DNA of 49,776 nucleotides from an uncultured Ruminococcus sp. (GTDB lineage Bacteria; Bacillota; Clostridia; Oscillospirales; CAG-272): NCBI GenBank assembly GCA_964630635.1, contig CAZVVM010000002.1, positions 1 to 49,776 of the forward strand, read 5' to 3'. Shown piece by piece: positions 44,063 to 49,776 of this stretch (position 1 is its first letter; each line of letters starts with the position of its first letter). The notes under the pieces were generated by a model. It saw only the letters and a program-made list of their open reading frames with translations, ran no database searches and was not told where the DNA came from. The position numbers and the translations under genes were made by a program.

Positions 44063-46222
44063 ATGTATATAGAATCCCTACAAATAACGTCCTTTGCGGG
44101 GATAAGCGGATATAATTTGTCCCTTGAAGACGGCGTAAATATCATACGCGGTGATAACGAAGCGGGAAAGAGTACGGTAGCGGAATTTATCCGTTACGTT
44201 CTTTACGGCTTTAACGGAAAAAGCGACCGCGAAAGATATCTCGGCTTTTCGTCGAATGCCGTTGCGGGCGATATCGTTATTTCCGACGGCGGTAAAAGGT
44301 TCAGAATAGAGAGAAAAACGGTGGGGAATAAGGATTCCGTTTCGGTATACGATCTTGAAAACGGAAGCGCCTGTTACGAGGGCAAGGTTCCCGGCGAGGT
44401 GTTCCTCGGAATGCCGTCGGGACTCTTCGCAAGCACCGCCTTCGTCGGTCAGACGGGCGGAAGCCGTATAAACGGCAAGGATACCTCCGAGCTTCTCGAT
44501 AATCTTCTTTTTGCCGCCGACGAGGGCGTGAACGTCAAAAAGGCACTGAAGCGCCTTGACGACGAAAGAGTTGCGCTTCTCTATAAAAACAAAAAGGGCG
44601 GAAAGATATACGAGCTTGAAAATGAGCTTTCGCGGCTTGACACACGCGCCGAAAAGGCAAGAAACGACGGCAAGGAGCTTCTCGGCATTGAAAACAAGCT
44701 TAAGGATAACGAAGTGACGCTTGAAAGCGACAGGGTCATCCGCGATAGATTCGCATCAAGCATAGACGATTATCGGCTTTCGAAGAGCCGTGAAAGTAAG
44801 GAGCGTCTGCGTCAGCTTGAGGAAAATTATCGAAACGCGATCGACGCATTTAACGCACATAAGACGGCGCACACGAGAAAAAATTTCTTCCCCGATGCCG
44901 CATATCTTCAGTCGCTGCGCGACTGCGCGAGCGAGGTCGCAAACTGCGACACGCGTATTGAGGGCGTCGAAAGACGGCTTGAAAACCTTAACAGGGAAAT
45001 GGAGATAGACCGCCGCGCCCGTGAGGAAGCTCTGCGTATAAACAACGAGAAAAAGAAAAAGGTAGTAGCAAAAAGAGGAATCACCGCGGCGCTCGGCGTC
45101 GTTTGCCTCGTTCTGCTCATTCTTTGCGCGGCGGGATGCGCCTGGATGTTTATAAGCGGAAGCAAAGGCGCGGGAATAGCGCTCGGCATTATTGCGGTCG
45201 GATGCCTGTCGGGAATGATCGGTTCATTCTCGTTCGTTAAGAAATTATCCGATACGATGAAGGAGCTCGAAACCGAGGCGCTCGTGACCGACGACGGCTA
45301 CGAGGCGAAGCTCGATATTATTCGCGGTGACCTTGAGGAGCACAAGAGAGAGCGCGCCAAATACGTGAAGGCGCTGAATGATCTGTGCGCAAGATGGGAT
45401 ATTAAGTATTCAAGAGCAATTCTGACAGAAATGGTCGAGGTCATCAATACGGCAAGCAAGCTTGAAAATGAGGCAGAGGTTGCCCGTGTTGCTTACGTTC
45501 AGATGAAGAGCGAAGCGGAGGAAAGACGTCCGTACGAGCCGATAGACGACGGACGTGAGCTGAACGTGCCTGAAAACTTTGATTACCGCGACGCCGACCG
45601 CAAGCTGAAGCTTGCCGAGGAGTCGATACGGCTTAAAGAGGGAATCAAGCATAATCTTGAGGTCCGCCGCGCCGAGCTTTCTGTCACGTCGGAGCATCCC
45701 TACGACGTGGACGAGCTTATAAAGAGCACGCAGGCGGAAAAGGCGGCGCTCAGTGAGCGGCTTGATGCATTCTCGCTTGCTTATTCAATGATAGAAACTG
45801 CGTCGGACAATATGCGCCGTTCCGTTTCGCCGCGGCTTTCCCGCGGTGCGTCGGAGAAAATGGCGTCGCTTACCGACGGCAAGTACGACGAGATAGGCGT
45901 TGGCGGCGAGTTTTCGCTCACCTTCCGTCCGTCGAGCGGAGAGGGAAGGGTGACGAAGGGCGAGGGCTATATGAGCGCGGGAACGTCGGATATAACGTAC
46001 GTTTCTCTGCGTCTTTCGCTTTCCGAGCTTATATCGGGCGGTAAAACGATACCGACCGTGTTTGACGAAAGCTTCTCGCGCCTTGACGATAAGCGTCTTA
46101 CCAATATGCTTAATCTTCTGTCGAATGAAAAGGGGCAGGTCATAGTCCTTACGTCGAACGGCAGAGAAGAAGAGATTCTGAATAAAGAGGGAATTTCTCA
46201 TAACTTCGTAAATCTGGGATAA
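44063..46222 (+). CDS. YhaN/SbcC-like AAA ATPase with a coiled coil and an internal TM hairpin
   Basis: N-terminal P-loop RGDNEAGKST. A long charged coiled-coil region is interrupted by two hydrophobic helices (ITAALGVVCLVLLILCAAG..., AGIALGIIAVGCLSGMIGSF). The C-terminus carries the signature SAGTSD and a Walker B motif (VFDESFSRLD). Confidence 0.7.
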   Translation: MYIESLQITSFAGISGYNLSLEDGVNIIRGDNEAGKSTVAEFIRYVLYGFNGKSDRERYLGFSSNAVAGDIVISDGGKRFRIERKTVGNKDSVSVYDLENGSACYEGKVPGEVFLGMPSGLFASTAFVGQTGGSRINGKDTSELLDNLLFAADEGVNVKKALKRLDDERVALLYKNKKGGKIYELENELSRLDTRAEKARNDGKELLGIENKLKDNEVTLESDRVIRDRFASSIDDYRLSKSRESKERLRQLEENYRNAIDAFNAHKTAHTRKNFFPDAAYLQSLRDCASEVANCDTRIEGVERRLENLNREMEIDRRAREEALRINNEKKKKVVAKRGITAALGVVCLVLLILCAAGCAWMFISGSKGAGIALGIIAVGCLSGMIGSFSFVKKLSDTMKELETEALVTDDGYEAKLDIIRGDLEEHKRERAKYVKALNDLCARWDIKYSRAILTEMVEVINTASKLENEAEVARVAYVQMKSEAEERRPYEPIDDGRELNVPENFDYRDADRKLKLAEESIRLKEGIKHNLEVRRAELSVTSEHPYDVDELIKSTQAEKAALSERLDAFSLAYSMIETASDNMRRSVSPRLSRGASEKMASLTDGKYDEIGVGGEFSLTFRPSSGEGRVTKGEGYMSAGTSDITYVSLRLSLSELISGGKTIPTVFDESFSRLDDKRLTNMLNLLSNEKGQVIVLTSNGREEEILNKEGISHNFVNLG

Positions 46223-46238
46223 AAATTCAAACAAATGT

Positions 46239-46267
46239 TTGACTTTTGAGCATGAGTGTGGTATAAT
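46239..46267 (+). promoter_or_regulatory. consensus sigma-A promoter with extended -10
   Basis: TTGACT, a 17-nt spacer, then TGgTATAAT. It fires into the repeat-filled leader. Confidence 0.6.
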
Positions 46268-46274
46268 GTGTTCG

Positions 46275-46480
46275 TAAGATTTCCGCGGTCATTTTGAGCG
46301 AAGTCTCGTCTTTGTCATCCTGAGCGTAGTCTGCCGGGATTCCGCCTACGGCGATTTTGCTAACGCAAAATTTCGACTACGGACTATGTCCTTCGCTCAG
46401 AATGACACGGCAGACGAAGTCGAACCCGTAGGGCGATGCCACTTGTGGCATCGGGATCTCGCGGAATGAACAACGAGAAA
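46275..46480. repeat. REP-like hairpin module array forming the leader of the DUF1273 gene
   Basis: gtcattttgagcgaag and gtcatcctgagcgtag lie in forward orientation and cttcgctcagaatgac in reverse. Other modules are gattttgc-taac-gcaaaat and GTAGggcgatgccac-tt-gtggcatcg. Confidence 0.7.
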
Positions 46481-46494
46481 AAGGGGGACACAAT

Positions 46495-47007
46495 ATGGAA
46501 TATTCCCCCGATACCTGCGCCTGCTTCACAGGACACAGAGCGATGATCGAGGACGAACTAAACAGCGCCGCAGCGCTCGTCTCGGAGCAGATCAAAAAGC
46601 TTTACGAAAAGGGTATAAAGAATTATTACGCGGGCGGAGCGCTCGGCTTCGATTTCGCCGCTGCTGTGACGGTGCTTAATATGAAGCGGCTTTACCCCGA
46701 TATAACGCTGAACCTCGCGCTTCCTTGCCCCGAGTACCAAAGCAAGTGGACAAGGTCACAGATCGAGCTGTTTGAGCGCGTTCGTGCGCGTGCTGACAGC
46801 GAAGTTTATGTGAGCAAAAGCTACCATAGGGGCTGTATGCATATGCGAAATAAGTATATGGTAGATAGAAGCGTATTCTGCATCGCCTATTTGAGAGAAA
46901 AAACGGGCGGAACCTATAACACGGTGACCTATGCACTCAAAAAAGGTCTTGAGGTTATAAACCTTACCGATATTCCGATAACGGATCAAATCAGCTTTGA
47001 TTTTTGA
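46495..47007 (+). CDS. DUF1273 / YpsA-like SLOG-family protein
   Basis: CFTGHR N-terminal motif and GGALGFD. 170 aa. AAAGGGGGA RBS. Confidence 0.65.
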   Translation: MEYSPDTCACFTGHRAMIEDELNSAAALVSEQIKKLYEKGIKNYYAGGALGFDFAAAVTVLNMKRLYPDITLNLALPCPEYQSKWTRSQIELFERVRARADSEVYVSKSYHRGCMHMRNKYMVDRSVFCIAYLREKTGGTYNTVTYALKKGLEVINLTDIPITDQISFDF

Positions 47008-47019
47008 TAAGAGATAATT

Positions 47020-47610
47020 ATGAAAAGAATTTTAGTTTTATTTCTTTCGCTTGTTTTGGCTGCGTCGATGTTTTCGTGCAGTAAGCCGAAGCCGCTGAAG
47101 ATAAGCGAGGAGGAGGCGTACGAGGTTTTATGCGACCTCGTTCCGCGCTCGTATGAGTTCAACGTTATCTTCTTCGGAGAGGGACTTCCCCACGAGGACG
47201 GTGAATACGAGGACACGACGTACGTTGAGGTCGATCTTGCCGAAAGCAAGTACGGCTCAATACCCGAAATCAAGACCGAGGTCGAAAAGGTATATTCAAA
47301 GAGATACCTGAAGTCTATCTATATAAATATGTTCGTCGGCTCGAAAACGACGAGCAGTGACGGGCTTCTCGATAACGACGTCAGCCCTCGGTATAAGGTC
47401 ATAGACGGCAAATTGATGATCGACGCAAGCTACGACGAGGTCGATATAATGGGGCGTTTGACGGTGGTATCGACTGCCGTCGTAAAGAAAACGCCGAAAT
47501 ACGTAAGCGTTGACGCGGTCTGTCAGGACGAAAGCGGAAACGAAATAGAAAAGCGCTTCTTTTTAACACTTGAAAACGGAGTCTGGCTGCTTGACGGCCC
47601 GACTTACTGA
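47020..47610 (+). CDS. lipoprotein, unknown function
   Basis: Signal peptide with lipobox LAASMFSC. Confidence 0.6.
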   Translation: MKRILVLFLSLVLAASMFSCSKPKPLKISEEEAYEVLCDLVPRSYEFNVIFFGEGLPHEDGEYEDTTYVEVDLAESKYGSIPEIKTEVEKVYSKRYLKSIYINMFVGSKTTSSDGLLDNDVSPRYKVIDGKLMIDASYDEVDIMGRLTVVSTAVVKKTPKYVSVDAVCQDESGNEIEKRFFLTLENGVWLLDGPTY

Positions 47611-47626
47611 TAAGGAGAATAAAATT

Positions 47627-48721
47627 ATGGCTAAAGCAACACCTAAAAAGCCGGTAGAAATGCCCGGCACCGATGCTGAAAAGAAAAAGGCACTTGACGT
47701 TGCAATAACACAGATCACGAAGCAGTACGGACAGGGCGCGATTATGCGTCTCGGCGAAAACAACGCTATGAGCGTAAGCGCAATCCCGACCGGCTCGCTC
47801 ACCCTCGACCTCGCGCTCGGTATAGGCGGAGTTCCGAAGGGAAGAATAGTTGAAATTTACGGCCCCGAATCCTCGGGTAAAACGACCATCGCGCTCCATA
47901 TCGCGGCAGAAGCACAGAAGCAGGGCGGAGTTGCGGCGTTCGTTGACGCGGAGCACGCGCTCGATCCCGTTTATGCAAAGGCGCTTGGCGTTGATATCGA
48001 CAACCTTCTCGTTTCCCAGCCCGACAGCGGCGAGCAGGCGCTTGAAATTACCGAAGCGCTCGTTCGTTCGGGCGCGGTTGACGTGCTTGTAGTCGACTCC
48101 GTTGCGGCACTTGTTCCCCAGCAGGAGATCGACGGCGATATGGGCGACTCGAACGTCGGCGTTCACGCACGTCTTATGTCGCAGGCAATGCGTAAGCTTT
48201 CGGGCGCTATCTCGAAGTCGAACGTAGTAGTTATCTTTATAAACCAGCTTCGCCAGAAGATCGGCGTTATGTACGGAAACCCCGAAACGACGACGGGCGG
48301 TACCGCGCTTAAGTTCTACGCATCCGTGCGTATCGATATCCGCCGCTCCGAGGTGCTGAAGAACGGAACCGAGCCCTACGGAAGCCGTACCAAGTGTAAG
48401 ATCGTTAAGAACAAGGTCGCTCCCCCCTTCAAGACTGCGGAGTTTGACATCATCTACGGCAAGGGTATCAACCGCTCGGGCGAGATAATGGATATCGGTA
48501 CCGAACTCGGAATCATCGAAAAGGGCGGCTCGTGGTTCTCCTATAACGGAACCCGTCTCGGTCAGGGACGCGATAACGCCCTCGCATTCCTTGAAAGCAA
48601 CCCCGAAATGTTTGCCGAGGTAGAGGAAAAGATCAAGAAGGCGCTGACGAGCGACGAAGCGTCGAACGAGGTAAGCTTGAACGAGGACGATTTCGACCTC
48701 GACCTTGACGACGATGTATAA
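47627..48721 (+). CDS. recA: recombinase A
   Basis: [24 protein letters not shown] and the rest of the canonical RecA sequence. AAGGAGA RBS. Confidence 0.98.
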   Translation: MAKATPKKPVEMPGTDAEKKKALDVAITQITKQYGQGAIMRLGENNAMSVSAIPTGSLTLDLALGIGGVPKGRIVEIYGPESSGKTTIALHIAAEAQKQGGVAAFVDAEHALDPVYAKALGVDIDNLLVSQPDSGEQALEITEALVRSGAVDVLVVDSVAALVPQQEIDGDMGDSNVGVHARLMSQAMRKLSGAISKSNVVVIFINQLRQKIGVMYGNPETTTGGTALKFYASVRIDIRRSEVLKNGTEPYGSRTKCKIVKNKVAPPFKTAEFDIIYGKGINRSGEIMDIGTELGIIEKGGSWFSYNGTRLGQGRDNALAFLESNPEMFAEVEEKIKKALTSDEASNEVSLNEDDFDLDLDDDV

Positions 48722-49205
48722 AAAGCGGAAACAGACGGCTCCGTCCGACCCCGAAAAGGCGTACGGCGCGGTGCTTCGCACGGCGATGAATATCGTCGGC
48801 TATAAGGACAATACGCTCTATCAGCTCAAAACGAAACTGACCGAGCGCGGTTATTCCGAAACAACGGTAAACGACGTCTGCGAGTATATGACGATGAAGG
48901 GCTATGTGAACGACACGCGGATGATATTCCGTTCGGCGCGTTCTTTGGCACTCAACAAGCTCTACGGTAAAAAGCGGATCATAAAGGAGCTTGCGCTCAA
49001 ACGGTTTACCGATGAGGCGTATGACGCGTTCACGTTCGACAGCGACGAGCTTGAGGACGTTGATTTCGTCGAGGTCTGCCTGAAGCTCCTGAAGAAAAAG
49101 GGCGGTTCTCGTGACGATAAGACCTTCGCCTTCCTTATGAGGTACGGACATTCGCCGTCGGATATAAAGGAAGCATACATAAGACTTGAAAATGAGGATG
49201 AATAA
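48714..49205 (+). CDS. recX: RecA regulator RecX
   Basis: The ATG overlaps the recA stop (ATGTATAA). It is a helical-repeat protein of ~160 aa in the conserved position after recA, with the [20 protein letters not shown] pattern. Confidence 0.75.
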   Translation: MYKKRKQTAPSDPEKAYGAVLRTAMNIVGYKDNTLYQLKTKLTERGYSETTVNDVCEYMTMKGYVNDTRMIFRSARSLALNKLYGKKRIIKELALKRFTDEAYDAFTFDSDELEDVDFVEVCLKLLKKKGGSRDDKTFAFLMRYGHSPSDIKEAYIRLENEDE

Positions 49206-49206
49206 A

Positions 49207-49458
49207 ATGACGAAACACGAATATAAAACGAACGGTACCTGCTCGCGCAAGATAATCTTCGAGCTTGACGACGAAAACAAGGTACATAACGTAGTCTTCG
49301 AGGGCGGCTGCCACGGAAATCTCCAGGGCATCGGTAAGCTCGTCGAGGGTATGGACGCAGCCGAGGTCATTAAGCGCATTGAAGGCGTAAAGTGCGGCTT
49401 CAAGCAGACCTCTTGCCCCGATCAGCTTTCAAAGGCGCTGACTGAGGCGGTTAAGTAA
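49207..49458 (+). CDS. TSCPD-domain small protein (TIGR03905-like)
   Basis: GTCSRKIIFELD...VVFEGGCHGNLQGI...GVKCGFKQTSCPDQL gives a four-Cys pattern that includes the TSCPD motif. Confidence 0.65.
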   Translation: MTKHEYKTNGTCSRKIIFELDDENKVHNVVFEGGCHGNLQGIGKLVEGMDAAEVIKRIEGVKCGFKQTSCPDQLSKALTEAVK

Positions 49459-49468
49459 GGGAAATAAC

Positions 49469-49504
49469 GCGGGGAGAAACTTTTTGAAAAAAGTTTCTCC
49501 CCGC
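49469..49504 (+). terminator. long hairpin, probable terminator
   Basis: 17-bp inverted repeat gcggggagaaacttttt / aaaaagtttctccccgc. The trailing T-run is only modest. Confidence 0.5.
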
Positions 49505-49509
49505 GCCCC

Positions 49510-49776
49510 TTTTCAAAAACTTTTGTAAGCCCGAAGCTCCGCTTCGGGCGGTGTGTTTATGAAAATATGGCGGAACGTCCATTTGCCTCGCCCTCCGGGA
49601 GAGGTGGTCCGAAGGACCGGAGAGGGAGCATTCCCATTGGGGAAGGGGGACCGCAGACGCTGCGTCTGCGGTGGATGAGATGTAGGCGGCAACGCCGCCG
49701 TTGTGGGGAGGACGTCTGTCCCCGTTCCAAAGAAATGTAACATCGGTTTTGTACGGGAGGAGCAAGCCCCTCCCCT
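49510..49776. repeat. REP-like hairpin module array (runs off the window end)
   Basis: gggagaggtg-[gtccgaaggac]-cggagaggga, ggggaagggggac-[cgcagacgc tgc gtctgcg]-gtggatgagatgtagg, and ccaaagaaatgtaacatcggttttgtacgggaggagcaagcccctcccct. Each module has a counterpart at 152-240 or 34500-34625. Confidence 0.65.

Noticed and set aside
47399-48781. 460-aa ORF antisense to recA. Similar long antisense ORFs lie at 4790-5896, 14912-15871, 16146-16886, 22276-23124, 23607-24500, 24679-25560, 25565-26281, 29064-29963, 30480-31475, 38028-38729, 40334-41446 and 42816-43898.
   Set aside because: Each lies opposite a gene with clear family motifs. They have Arg/Ser/Cys-rich low-complexity translations, no RBS and no recognisable domains, which is the typical shadow-ORF pattern in moderately GC-rich coding DNA.

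Overview
This is a chromosomal window from a spore-forming, Gram-positive Clostridia-type genome. I infer that from spoIIP-gpr, the lipobox lipoproteins, GGAGG ribosome-binding sites and sigma-A-type TTGACA/TATAAT promoters. About 80% is ordinary housekeeping DNA: the MoxR-DUF58-transglutaminase triad, mini-RNase III, spoIIP-gpr, an L-rhamnose operon (araC-type regulator, rhaB, rhaA, a PHP protein, rhaD), upp, cinA/pncC, an LtaS-like sulfatase, proBAC, rnhA, fadD-tetR, a galK-like kinase, a YhaN-like ATPase, a DUF1273/SLOG protein and recA-recX. Three things stand out.

1. At 6.8-13.7 kb a 1135-aa secreted DNRLRE/ricin-lectin protein is followed by small membrane proteins. After those comes a 5'-truncated copy of its lectin region, with no visible ribosome-binding site, fused to an unrelated C-terminal domain with its own membrane protein. 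Both units are bracketed by shared 5' (~840 bp) and 3' (~78 bp) homology arms. This is the layout of a polymorphic toxin / orphan-cassette locus, here on a Sec plus lectin scaffold. It is my best candidate for an undescribed system.

2. At 26.5-33 kb a 7TM-LuxR one-component regulator is split by a frameshift in a G7 tract. It sits divergent from a 1253-aa membrane-anchored surface protein whose first ~210 mature residues contain 47 cysteines.

3. Four intergenic arrays of hairpin modules flanked by GTAG/CTAC resemble REP/BIME elements. One of them forms the whole leader behind a consensus promoter.

I found no rRNA, tRNA, CRISPR array, transposase or integrase. All similarity statements come from reading the sequence by eye, so identities are approximate and family calls are at motif level.
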